NCBI GenBank assembly: GCA_000934665.2
Contig: KZ538670.1
Span: forward strand, 1-63,592
Reading direction: 5' to 3'
DNA from: Catajapyx aquilonaris
Lineage: Eukaryota
Length of the DNA stretch: 63,592 bases
Below the pieces are notes generated by a model, which was not told the origin of the DNA, ran no database searches, and was given only the letters and a program-made list of their open reading frames with translations. The position numbers were made by a program, and so were the translations under genes. Positions 51,692 to 63,592 of the stretch are shown here, in pieces (position 1 is the stretch's first letter; every line of letters starts with the position of its first letter).

Positions 51692-54600
51692 TACTTACCG
51701 GAACCGGTGCCAAATGACTACCGGGCAGGAATGTGTTTTTTTCTGCTTTCTTTTGGGAGGGGGGTAACCGGCCCTGGGGCGCCCAATTCGTACGTGCCAG
51801 TGTGGGTGTCGAAGAGTGCCCATTTTTTCCCTTACAGGTTCACGGGACGACGCGTGACCACCTCGGATCGGTTATCGTTAGCTGGGCACATCCATATCTA
51901 ATTTGATGGCCGTGTCTGCCGGTTGCTATGCGCTGCGCTGGGGGGCGACTAGAAATTGCACAAGTAGGCGGGGTTGGCAAGCGTGGCAGTGACCGGCCGG
52001 GTGTTGCCACATTTTTCGGGGGAGGGCTACCCTTTGATTGAACACTTTTCCCCGCGTGATCGGGCCAGGGTAAAAACCTCCCCTCAAGGACGGAGATGGG
52101 AGGGAGATGATGATGGGGGGGGGGGGGGGGGGGGGNGGTCGCCGGCAACAGCCCTTCCTCCCTCCCCCGGGATTCCTGGCAAGGTCACTGCTGACCCCGG
52201 CTTGAATGGCACGGCGGATAGATGGCACGAGGGACTGACCTGGACCAAGGATGTGGCGGGGACAAGACGGAAGTGGGGCGCAGGCACATTCCAGGCCGAG
52301 TCCCGGATGTTGCTCATCTTTTGCTCACCGCTTTGGGAAGACTGAGGGGGTGGAAAGATGGCGTGGGTTGGGGATGAAGGGGGGGTTCGTAAAGAAAAAA
52401 GAAAAAAGAGAGGCAGGCGCATGCCTTCACGCTCGTCGCCGACTTGTGAATGGGACGTTCCCGGCATGCCTGGCGCCCGGTTCCCACGTCGGGCCGTTGA
52501 CCCTGGCCCAACTCAAGTGTGTGGGGTGGATGTAGAGGGGTGGGTGTGGAGGCGGGAGGGATTCGCATCCACTCCGGGAGGTATGCGGAAAGGTGACCGC
52601 CGACGCCATATATTCCGTGGGACTTAGCGAAGATTGCGCGATGGGCTCCGTGGGGGCAGTAGAGTACAGGTGTACGTATATCGGGCAAAATGATCCGGAC
52701 AGGCTCGTGCGCCCAATTGTTCTGCCCAAGTGCGCTCGACTGAATCGGTCGGCTTTTCTTTGAACCGGAGACTTCGGTTGCCACGCTGGTGATAATTCCA
52801 AGTCGTATTCCAGGTGTGGCAAAAGAAGAAGAAAAAATGGAACCGGCTTTGTAGATATCCGGGCGGATCAGGGCTAAGGAACACCAATAGCCTTTAGGTT
52901 GCCAGCGGGGCAAGTTGTAATCTAGGCTAGTGATAGCACACCTGTGGGGGGAAAGTGAGTCGGACATCCGTACCTACAGCCGGCTCATCCTCTCGAGATC
53001 TCGGTCGATGTTAGGAGGTCATTGACCCACGGACGGAATCCAGAGGAGGCAGACGGCGTGGGTCCGAAGCTGCCCTCGGGGCTCTTTGGGACAGGTATTG
53101 AGGTGTGTGTGTGTGTGGTGCGCGCGCGCGCGCCAGTGTGTGAGCATAACCTGGGTTACAGGCTTGCATTACATGCGCTGGACTAGTGCTGGCCATGACC
53201 TAGCTGCCTTGGGCAGGTAGATGACCGTGACCCGCTGAGTGTATATTGTCGGCGGAAGATGGCGCGAAAGTGGAACCTTCCCGGATCTTCCGTTCCGCCA
53301 TCTTCCGGACCCGATTTGCGAGAAATAATTCGCCTTATTTTCCACAGGGCGCCGAGTCATGTACTGCGTAGGAGGCAGGGTGTGTGGGGTCCACATCCTT
53401 GGTGCTGGCCGGGGGAAAAGGTGGTGGTAGCGGCGGGGAATTGACCTGGAATTCCAAGAATCTGGCGGCTAACTGTTCTCCATCCCCCGCTTGCCCAGTC
53501 CTCCCCAACCACATGCATCCCTACCTAACCACCCACCCACCTAGCTGCAAAAGACCCAGACGGCGTGACGTCAGGTCGGCCCCCAGACTGACCTCTTAGT
53601 TGGCTGCACAAGTGTGAAGTGAGAGGAAGTCGGAAGGGAAAGGCGGTTTTTGAAAACGCCGCCAAGAAAAAAGGGGGACATTGTGGGGAGGGGTTGGCCA
53701 CTGACCTGCTAATAGCTCAAAACTGCCGCCGGATGGCAGCACAGTGCAGCTGGCGAATGCTGCCTCTAGTGGTGAGCTGCTCAACTTGGTGTTTGCTAAT
53801 AGGGTTGGTAGATGGCGCGGGTTGTCTGGGGTGCACTGGACCAGCGTGGCCCCTCTTCATCTATCGGTGAAATAGGGGTGGGCCCGCGTTTCATTCTGAA
53901 AAGGTGTACCGCCCTGTTAGCAACAATGATTTGGCAATTTTTGGTGGGGGGTTGTCGAAGCGACCCCCCCTGAACCAGGGCGAGGTGGGCCATGGGGGGG
54001 CATTAGGCGGCTGCAGGTAGGCGTCTAATTGGGGAGCGAAACGATTTTCACAGCCGCGTACCATTCCTGGGGGAAGACTGAAAAAAAAAGATGTGGTTCT
54101 GCACCATTGGTTTGATGTATGGTTGCGGCCCGAGGAGGAGTCCGTCTCGTCTGTCACTCTCGCTAACATCTCCGGATCTCAAGTGGACTCCAGCGTAAAC
54201 ACAGCTTTCATCATCCTCTCGCCTTGGCATGCACGCTGTTTCCACGGAGGAATAAATTTGGCGGCCAGAGCTGCTCATCTACATACAGGTGGCACAGGTG
54301 GCCATTGAGAACTTGGACGTCACGGGCCAATATGTGGCCCTTCTCGGCCTGCCAATTCGATTCGAGTACGTGTGGGCGGACCAAAAACCCGGGTGTAAAC
54401 TCGCGAAACGGGACTTGACCCTCCAAGAGCAGACGAGAGATCGGTTTTCGGGGCGAGGCAGCACCCCCCACTATCCTAAGCATGAAACCGGCCCATGGTA
54501 TCCTAATGGGTGACTTTTAATTACGAGTGCGATGCGTTGGGGATACGAGCCTGTCTGCACTAATCTGCCGACGCATCTACGTTTCTTGTTGCTTAACCCG

Positions 54601-57600
54601 CGCGCCTCTTGCGGGCTCATACATGACCCTTGACCCACTCTCTTTATGTCGTCACAGGTTTCGCCGCAGCTGCGTGTTTGGAAGAGCCTCGCACGTGGAC
54701 TGATGTGGGGGCTCTGAAGGCTCCCAAGAGACTTCATCTTTCTTCGCCAGACATGGCCTGCTATCTTCGTTGCAATTCCCAAAATTAATTAAACGTGAAA
54801 GCGGTCCTGCTTTTCTTCTAGCTGGGGATAGTAATGGGCCAGGGGGGGAAGATTGCTGGAGATGGATGGTGTCGCTTTGGGGATGTAATAGCTGGAGCTG
54901 GTTGCCTGACCAAGAACCTCGATGGACACCCAAGCCTTTGTTGGGTAGGGGGTTGGTGTGTAGCCTAATTGGGCCTAATAGCTGGAGACAGGTAAATATA
55001 GATTTGTCGTGTAACAGAGGGGAACGCGGATTGGCTACTTTGATCGTACTGCAAAATTTCATATCAGTACAGTGTGGTTTCGGGGCAGATCCAGAACCTG
55101 CAGGATCATAATTTTTTTGTATAGGAAAAGTTGGGGATATTAGAGAAGAAATGTCCAGCTGTGAATCGCGGAGAGGACACAACAGGAGAAAACGAAACTG
55201 GTTTTCACAATGATTTGCCAGATGCTTAGGATATTCTGAGATCATTGTGAAAGCTGATTTCGTTACAATGTCAACATTGACTTCATCCATCAAACTGGGG
55301 TGTGTGTGTATGTTGAGACAGGTCGCAGAGAGCGACGATAGACTGACGGATTGATTGCGATGTCTGGTGGTGCAGCTGCGACTGGGACGTTTCATGTTCC
55401 GCTAGTGATGCTGATGTGATTTAAGCGACCTCGTGGCGAACAGCACAGGGCAAGGTCTTGGCATTGTCGCCTCCCGGTGGGTAGGGCAGTTTTTTTAAAA
55501 AGCACCAGAACAGGATCCCTCTTGTGATGGTAAGTGTGCATGGAGTTTGCGAAGGAAACGGAGGTGCCAATGCGATGTCTGATCCTGAGTGAACGTCAAG
55601 GTTTTGCAGGTCTTCCTATTTTCCACTTACTCCAATGTGCTAATAGCATGTTTTAAAATCAGCAGATATTATGACACATGGCCGGCGCAGTCTTTAATGA
55701 GCCGGCTGGGTTTAAGCGAAAGATGATGCGCAAGATGGCCAGACCTAAGCCAGATTGATGGATGCTGTGAGGTCCTGGGTGCCTGGGCCTGGCCTCTCCC
55801 TTCCACCATCCCCTTGAGTCATTCCGCTCCGTTGGCGCTAAATGGTAAGGAACCGTCTGCGAGCTAGGCCCTAACTCGACCTGCCCATATGACCATGGCA
55901 TCCGATTCCCCAGAGGAAGAAGAGGACGCCGCCGACGCAACCGATGGCGATGTAACACGGAGTGATTAGTGCAGGGCGGGGGCCAGAGGCTGCCTCTCCA
56001 TTTCTTCAGACTGCCATCTTGGAAGGATAGCAAATAAAGGAGCGGCGGACAATGGCGGCGAGATGAGGGCCACAGGGGCTAAGCTGGCTGATGATCGCCG
56101 CACCCTTCGGGGACAAACCGGAGGCAGGCTGCCCACACCCATCCTTGCTATGCTGCTCTAAACCCTTTACAACTCGTGCTCAAACACTACAAGTCAGCTT
56201 TTTTTTTGCCTTGTTCACGAAATATTTTCATTGGCTGCTTAAAAGGTTTTTGGTTCCATTTGATATACTGTGTGGAAGTTCCTGTTCCTGTCTATATGTT
56301 TTTTCTAACTACTGTGGTTTACAAGGCGGGTGCTTTTCAATTTGAGTGTATTTTGTGTTTGGTGTGGGATTAATAAAAAACTGATTGTCTTTGTGGATGG
56401 AAAGTGGGTGTTTGTGTGTTGCTCCCTATTATTGGTTTTTATCTCAGGTAAAAAGTAAGTAAGTTTATTTATGAGATTATTACATCCATATTGGGGGGGA
56501 AGGAACTCTCCAGAAACATTTTTATAGGACTGCATAACATGAAAAATGTGATAAAGCATATTAAAATTTTTGTGTACTTCTACAAACAGCAGGTGGATTG
56601 AGAAGAGAGGAATCTTCGGGAATTGCGCTAGGTACTTCGCATTGGTGAGAAAATATTGCAATTATAACATATTTGAACTCGATCAAAAAATTTGCAACTG
56701 TTACACAAGACTGGGTTTTGGTGGGTGTCAGTTTAAAAGTATAATCTGATACAAAAACTATTAGAAACTATTAAAAGATAATAATTCGGAGCATTAGATC
56801 AGGACGGGGATATTGAAGATGTGCCAACAGAAATAATTTGGGTAACATCTTGGTATCAGGTGGAATTACAAGCAGAATTTTAATTACGCGATCTAATGAA
56901 TACAAGAACTATCTTTGCACTGCATGTGTCAGGAACCGAAGGTGAACTAATAGGACTAGCTTTATTTTAGCACTTTAGTTGTTTTCAATTTATTCAAGAA
57001 TGGTTTTACATATGATGCAGCAGATCTACATGTATTGATGCATGTAGATGAAAGTTAAGACGAACTGGTAAATTTGGACATTATAATGACTTGCATGATG
57101 CATCGAAATTTTTAGGGAGAATTTATGGTATGCCAAAGTCAAGCTCTAAGTTATTCACTGAACAATTAAAATATATCAATAACAGTATTGTACAGTGCAG
57201 AAGTACTCGTTTTATGCCGTTAATTAGTTCCAGAAAAACCAGGCGTAAAGTGAATGGGCGTAAAACTAGACAAAATCACAGTATAATGTAAGTAAATAAG
57301 ATAGGTTCCAAAATTTCCCCATAGGCCGTACTCATATTGCTGTTTTTAATGCCGAATATTTGAAACATTTAATACACATTTAATGGGAGGTTCCAGGTTG
57401 AGGGTCATCCGGTTCTGAGGGCTCCCTTCCTTATTTTGTCAAGAACTGCAGTACATGTTGGGTATTTAACAATGGTTCGAGTACTTCGGGGTGTGGCGAG
57501 ACCAACACTACGGTACTGTATATATCGATAGAACCTGCCACATGGCACCAGGAAAAACAAAAGAAGAGCCTTTACGGTTGTGTGTTTGGTCTCAGAAGTG

Positions 57601-58508
57601 TTGTTATCTTCATATTTTTCACAATTTAGATAGAAAAATTTCAAATGTAATTTTAAAACCGGCGTTAATGTGAAACAGGGTAAAATGGGTACTTTCTGTA
57701 CTACTTGTAGCAGGGAATCGTTAAGGTCTCACGCGTCGGACCAACGAGTTTGATCATCCTTTGGATCCTTTGAATTGAATAGGAATGGCCCAATATATTG
57801 TGATAGTTAAACGACGTCAGTTTCAACGTGAAATGCGAACATGCAAGTTGCAAGGTCACATCATTTCTGACTGAACTCTGATTCATGATAACAGTGCTTT
57901 AGGAAAGAACCGGCAATACAGTTGCAGCGGACTGTGGAATACATCGGCATCAGCGCATGGGCTGGTTATAGATCTCGATTTTTGTTCAAAACTGATTTAT
58001 GCTCGAATTTTTCATTGCTAGAATGTTACAGCCAAGTAAGAGATTTTTTATGCACTTGATCACTGATGGTAAGAGTTGATTGCCTCCTCCTGACTAATTA
58101 CAAGGGCTGACCAAATGCAAGTGAGTCCATCGTATGTAGACCTTGTTGCAAATAAATTCAGGGAAATACTTCGGCTGACTCAGCCACCATAATTGGTTGA
58201 TGTCAGAGTAATAGTTTTACGTGTAGCCTACTCATTCCAAACGACATGAACCAATATGGCCATATTGAGGAACCTTTTTCATGGGATCAGGGTTCGATTC
58301 GTAATATCGTATGTTGGCTCTATACTGTCGTTTGATGTCAACTAAATTGGTGGGTGAGTGGAAGAGGTCTGTCTCTAATTTTCAAAATTTGTGGCCCCAG
58401 GTTTATTTGCAACTATGCGTATGGCTGATTAGCTCACTCTCACTTGATCCACTTGCATTACTGGAGGAGTGCTTGGTAGTTGTAAATGGTCATGTTTGAC
58501 TCGAGCTA

Positions 58509-58650
58509 CTATGGAGCTCAAATTGTTTTGGCCACTTTATCATGGTCTTGAAGCAACCCTTCGCACATGCCCCGCGGTGAGTACGTGTGTCTGTACTAAG
58601 GGTTGCTTCAAGACCAGGATAAAGTGGCCAAAACAATTTGAGCCCCATAG
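58509..58650. mobile_element. Palindromic MITE with ~52-bp TIRs
   Basis: TA|ctatggagctcaaattgttttggccactttatcatggtcttgaagcaaccctt ... aagggttgcttcaagaccaggataaagtggccaaaacaatttgagccccatag|TA. Confidence 0.85.
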
Positions 58651-58696
58651 TACTGTACCTACGATTATTTTCTAATTTCAATTTCACAGTGACATA

Positions 58697-58835
58697 GGTA
58701 GATGGCGGCTTATGTTTTGAGTAACACAATTGTTCTCTAAAACTGATATTAAATGAACTCGATGAAGTGTAGCATCATCAGTCCGTTTTGGTGAACAGTA
58801 GACTACTGAACTCAAAAAATTAGCCGCCATCTACC
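58697..58835. mobile_element. MITE-like element with 26-bp inverted repeats
   Basis: ggtagatggcggcttatgttttgagt / actcaaaaaattagccgccatctacc with two mismatches. Confidence 0.55.
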
Positions 58836-61195
58836 ACAGCCACTAAGATTGATATACTGTAATTAAAAGCTATCACAGGTACTGTACCTAGCACCTTTTG
58901 TGACCACTTGAAACTCGAAAAGCAGCAAATTCGCAATAATTTGGCCTCAGTATCTAATCTCTGCATTCTTGGTGTGCAATTCTAGTTTTCACACTTCAAG
59001 CTCCATTTTCAGCAAAAATATTAGTTAACAGGCGAGAAATGCCAACGCAAGTTTCTTGTCACTCGCTGTCCAGGGCTAATATTATAATTGACTTTGACTT
59101 AAGTTTAATTTGGAATAGGGAGCCTAAGGGTTGATGAAGCTGATAAAAGACTCACAGGACGGACCCTCGTAATCCTTCATACCCACCTTCATACTGAATC
59201 CAGCATGAAGAAGCCCATAAGGATGGGCTTTTTTTTTGCCATGTGTGGGCACGTATCGGGGTCGGTGGCAAAGGCGACAATTGGCCTCACTTACATTGTT
59301 TGCTTTTGGCGGGCGAGCGAGCGGCCGATCGTCAGCTGTCAGCCGCACCCCTGAATGCCTTCACACCCACCCTCCCCACCCTCCCCACCTCCCACACTCC
59401 AGAAAAAGAAGCAGACTAATTTGTTGACTCCGTCATGACAAATCCCAGTAGCTCTTCAAGAGTCCATCCAATTTTCTCTATTTGGATATTTATTTAACTT
59501 GCTTTCAAAGTAGGCTTATGTGTAAGCCCGGCCATTATAATAGTATTGCTCATTGCCGGAAAAATTCCGCCTCATATACCAATTACAAAATTATTTCAGG
59601 TTCCTGTCGCCTTCTATGGCCAATAGACACTTGGAAAAGTTGAAAATTCGCAACAAAATGCCCCCTGTATCATGTTTGCGATCTCAGCTTTCGCTTTTAT
59701 AGTACGCTGTTATGCACTACCAAGAACTATTTGCACCGAACATGTTAGTGGACCTAGAAAAATGGGTGTCCTCCAGATTACCTATATCTTACTTGCAAAC
59801 ATTCTTTATGAATCTTGCGGTTATCGCACAGGCTCACTGCCCGCAGACTAAAACATGCATACTCGACAGGATATTATCATATCGAGTATGCATCCTTCTA
59901 CGTGACCTAGCCATTAAAATTTCAAATTTAATAATATTAAAGGCTGCTTTAAATTTAAACTTCGATCTCATTAGACATACTAAGAAGGCAATTGCCGAGA
60001 CCTACTCTGCGCAAAATATTGCACTTTTCACCTAACGATAATAGTGCCGGTGACATAGTCTCAAGGATGGGCATTAGAGCGCTGTGTTGGGTATGAAATA
60101 GTTTTGAATACTGTATGATCTTGTAATGCCCTTCTGGCTTAATAAATCTAGTGCGGCTCACTCAAAATTATTTGTCATTCACTTTCGTTCTCTGTCATTA
60201 TCAAACTCAATTCCCAGAGAATTAAATATATTGGAAGGTTTTACCTAGCCACACATTTTCCTCCTTCCCACTTGAGAGTGCATATCTGAATATATTTAAT
60301 TAGGCAATTATTTAAATTATATTATAAGTTTTATTTTCCGTTTCCAGACGAAAGAAGCTATATATATATATATATATGATGCTAAATACAGTGTGTTCCA
60401 AGTATTGGGGGGCCATTATTGTTGTGATTGTTGTGCAACAAGTTACACAAAAATAACTTGGGTGAAATATGCTATGACAGAAAGGACCCCCAGATCTTGA
60501 TCCAATTCCTTTGTGTATGTATGGCATTGAAAGTCTAACTATGCTATGTGCTATTGCGGGTGATCAACACACTCTGCATGCCAAGGCATAATAAGACTTA
60601 TTCATAATATGTTGGCTATAGAATTCACTGGCATTGTGGTAGCACATGCTCTCAAGCCTGAGAAGGTTACATAGGTTTCAACTTATGTTGCAGGTTATAG
60701 AGTTAGGATCAGTGACTGTACTGCTGCAAGGGCTCCTTCACACAAGGACGCTGGCGGAATTCCACCAAACGCACCAGTGAATGGGTACTTTACAAGTCAT
60801 TTGGACTGAACCATGTCCATTGGCAAATTGGTGTAAATCTATAGCATGGTTTTAAAATACAGTGAAATTTATCTTTGTTGGACACTGGCCGTTCCAAGGA
60901 AAGTGTCCAACATATTAAGATTTCAATATCTCGGGTTTCATAGTGCAGTACAGTAATAAGAGTAGAGTTTTCATCCAGTAATCAACTTCCAATGCATGTT
61001 TTCTTATTTTCGGTACAGTACAGTACATGCAATTTCTGAAACCATCCTACTTTTTGGTTCATAAATTGGTAACAAGTGACTGTTTTAATCAGAGAATTTT
61101 CAATTTTCTCTTGGGCAGCAAAAAAAATGTCAAAAATAAGAGTGGCATGACAAATCACTCTGGCCTGATATTCATGTTGTCAATTGCTTGACATA

Positions 61196-61721
61196 CATGC
61201 GCATCCAGAGAGTAAGTTCCGTTTTTTATTAGAAAAACCACAATGCACCCCCAGAATTTTTATTTACACGTAGCTGAAGTCGACAACTGTCTAACTTTTT
61301 TCAAAATAGTTTCCAGCCAACCAAATTGGGGCATTTTCATTGAGTTACACAATATTTTGTATATAGGCTACCTATGTCATAGGTCATAGCAGAAGTCTGT
61401 TGCCATCCATTTCCGCGACCACTGAGCGCTGGACTGCAACTCCTTATCTTCGTCAACCTTCTTCTTTGCAAGCCATTTCTTCCTGTCCATGGACAGGTAG
61501 TCCATCAGCGTTCATGGATCGCGGAAATGGCTGGCGGCAGCCCTCTATGGTATAGGCATACAAAATCTTGTGTAACTCAATGAAAAATGCCTCGATTTGG
61601 CTGGAAACTAGTTTGAAAAAAAGTAGACAGTTGTCCATGTCAGATGTATAAATAAAAATTCTGGGGATGCATTGTGGTTTTTCTAATTTAAAAACGGAAC
61701 TTGCTTTCTGGACGCGCCTCG
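61196..61721. mobile_element. Mariner-type fold-back MITE
   Basis: About 240-bp imperfect inverted arms with TA flanks. The right end on the minus strand reads TA-CGAGGCGCGTCCAGAAAGCAAGTTCCG, a mariner-like TIR. Confidence 0.85.
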
Positions 61722-61789
61722 TATCTTACGCATAAATGCAGTTTACCTGCATACTTTGGACTGTCACATTTCAGTATGATGCAGCCGGA

Positions 61790-62985
61790 TAATAATAATA
61801 AAAAACGCCCGTTGAAGAAGTTACACATGTTTAACCGATTGGAAAAGCGTGACGTAGCAATGATGTGAAGTGCAAGTCATTTTTTGAAACCGCACATCTC
61901 TGAAAGTATTCCGATCCAATAAACGGTGCCAATAGGATATTCAAAAATTCCAGTAATAATGGCATATGGCACATTTATTTTCGACGGCTTTGTCGAAGCG
62001 AGTGGACAAAATCCGGGTTCAGAATAAGTACAGAAGTTTGAACACAGAAAATAATGATGAAACTGTGCAAGCCCCAGTTAACGAGACTATTGGACTTGGG
62101 AGTACTTGGGAAGTAATGTACTATCAGGTCCATTAATTTCAGAAGGCTACGTCAAATGGGGTGCGAACAATCGCAGTTGAAATATTTGGCGCGAGAGCTT
62201 TGAAACCAAATCTCTCTGAAACCAGAAGGGTCCAATAAATGGGATTAAAAGGTCCAAATAGTCAAATGGGAGCAGTATACAGCCAATTAATTTCACATCG
62301 ACCCGCCGTATGTAGTTTCAGCCACCATTTTGAAACCGAATATTTCTGAAACTATGCCAGTCCAATACACGAAACTAACAGACGTTATAGTACTCGGGAA
62401 GTACTACCAGGTCAAATGGGGCGCGTACAATCGCAGTTGAAACATTTCGGCGGGAAAACTTTGAAACGCTATATCTCTGAAACTATGAGGGTACAATGAG
62501 CAGGGTCAAAAGGTCCAAAGAGTAAAAGAGTAAAAAGTATTGTACAATCCATTAATTTCATTTCGATCCGCCATGGGTGGTGAGCCAACTTCACACTTTC
62601 GGTCACTTTTTGAAACCGAATATTTCTGAAACTATGCGAGTCCAATGAACGAAACTTATGGACCTGGTATTACTCAGTTAGTACTGCAAGGTCCATTAAT
62701 TTCGGACGGCTGCGCCAAATGGGGTGCGTACAATCGGAGTTTAAATGTTTTGGCGGCAAAACTTGGAACCCGAATATCTCTGAAACTATAGAGTGGTCCA
62801 ATAAGCGGGGTAAAAAGGTCCAAAGAGTCCATTGAGGGTAGTACTACGTACATAGTCCATTCATTTCACTTCAATCCGAGATAGGTGGTGAGCCAACTTC
62901 ACACACGTAAACCATTTCATTATAAGTATTCTGTGATTGTCATGCCAGCAGAAGTTCAGACCCGCGCGAAGCACGAGTTTGCTGC

Positions 62986-62990
<5 letters not shown>
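61790..62990. repeat. Diverged tandem array (~130-160-bp subunits, ~290-bp dimer), possibly inside a Helitron-like element
   Basis: Seven recurrences of tttgaaaccgaatat(t/c)tctgaaactatg-like anchors at about 61883, 62037, 62198, 62329, 62460, 62609 and 62763. Ends in the hairpin-like cccgcgcgaagcacgagt...gcta. Confidence 0.7.

Positions 62991-63057
<67 letters not shown>
62988..63057. repeat. (AAT)n microsatellite
   Basis: Perfect run. A second mixed AAT/AAC run lies at about 63365-63439. Confidence 0.97.
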
Positions 63058-63351
63058 TTGATACCCCATTATCAGCCTACCGGGCTTTCCTAGGGGGGGA
63101 TTTCTCCCAATTTTTTGTCTGGAACTCTTCCATTTTTACTATTTTACTCATCATCGGAATGAAGCAGGGAAAGGGAAGGAAGGAAGGAAGCGGCTGTGGC
63201 CTATATTACGGTAACGACCCCGGAATTATCCTGCAAGGACCATGGGAAACCACAGAAAACCATGGTCAGGGTCGCCGGCCTCCGGGATTCGAACCCAGGA
63301 CCTCCTGATTAGCAGTCGGACACCCTATCCACTCCACCACTACTGCTTCGG
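63058..63351 (-). mobile_element. tRNA-derived SINE (second family)
   Basis: Minus-strand A box TGGTGGAGTGG and B box GGTTCGAATCC. Body motif ggttttctgtggtttccc is common in arthropod SINEs. Runs into an (ATT)n tail. Confidence 0.8.
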
Positions 63352-63370
63352 TAGTTTGCTGCTATATAAT

Positions 63371-63409
<39 letters not shown>

Positions 63410-63592
63410 TTTAACAACAACAACAACAATAATAATAACCCAGGTAGTGCTTGACCTCATCAGAGGTATATAGCACGGACCTTTATTTATGTCTCGTATA
63501 TACAGGGTGATCAAACTTTTTTGTCGTTTTAGTTATTGACAGATTCAGCCTAAGCTGCTTATATTGTAGCCCGTTACCTGGCAACCCCGTCC

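Noticed and set aside
52624..52887. THAP-like pattern (W...ARACPDHF) in a minus-strand frame
   Set aside because: Lacks the N-terminal CxxxC and the AVP box; probably chance.
54250..54290. IWRPELLIY, resembling the Cys-loop receptor WxPD motif
   Set aside because: Preceded by an in-frame stop, with no splice context or other receptor motifs.

Overview
This is eukaryotic, very probably arthropod, draft-assembly DNA. The evidence is spliceosomal introns, (ATT)n microsatellites, tRNA-derived SINEs, many MITEs, an Inr+DPE core promoter, and N-gaps at poly-G/C and (TA)n tracts. The only gene I can identify confidently is the 3' half of a ZIP11/SLC39A11 (GufA-type) zinc transporter on the + strand. 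It has four coding exons (1423-1492, 6951-7049, 9555-9713, 10265-10343) with canonical splice sites and consistent phases; its 5' exons lie before the window. A well-formed Pol II promoter and candidate first exon of an unidentified + strand gene lie at about 29870-30103 (CCAAT, GC box, MRE cores, Inr and DPE at exact spacing, uORF, GTAAGT donor), but I could not assign its downstream exons. The rest is intronic or intergenic DNA rich in fold-back DNA-transposon derivatives (mariner, Tigger/pogo, hAT, Academ-like), SINEs, a Helitron-like tandem array and decayed retroelement fragments. A GC-rich, coding-like block at about 50.1-56.4 kb is unexplained and may be a decayed LTR or viral element. 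There are no CRISPR, rRNA or prokaryotic features. I cannot demonstrate a new biological system; the best leads are listed as findings with tests.
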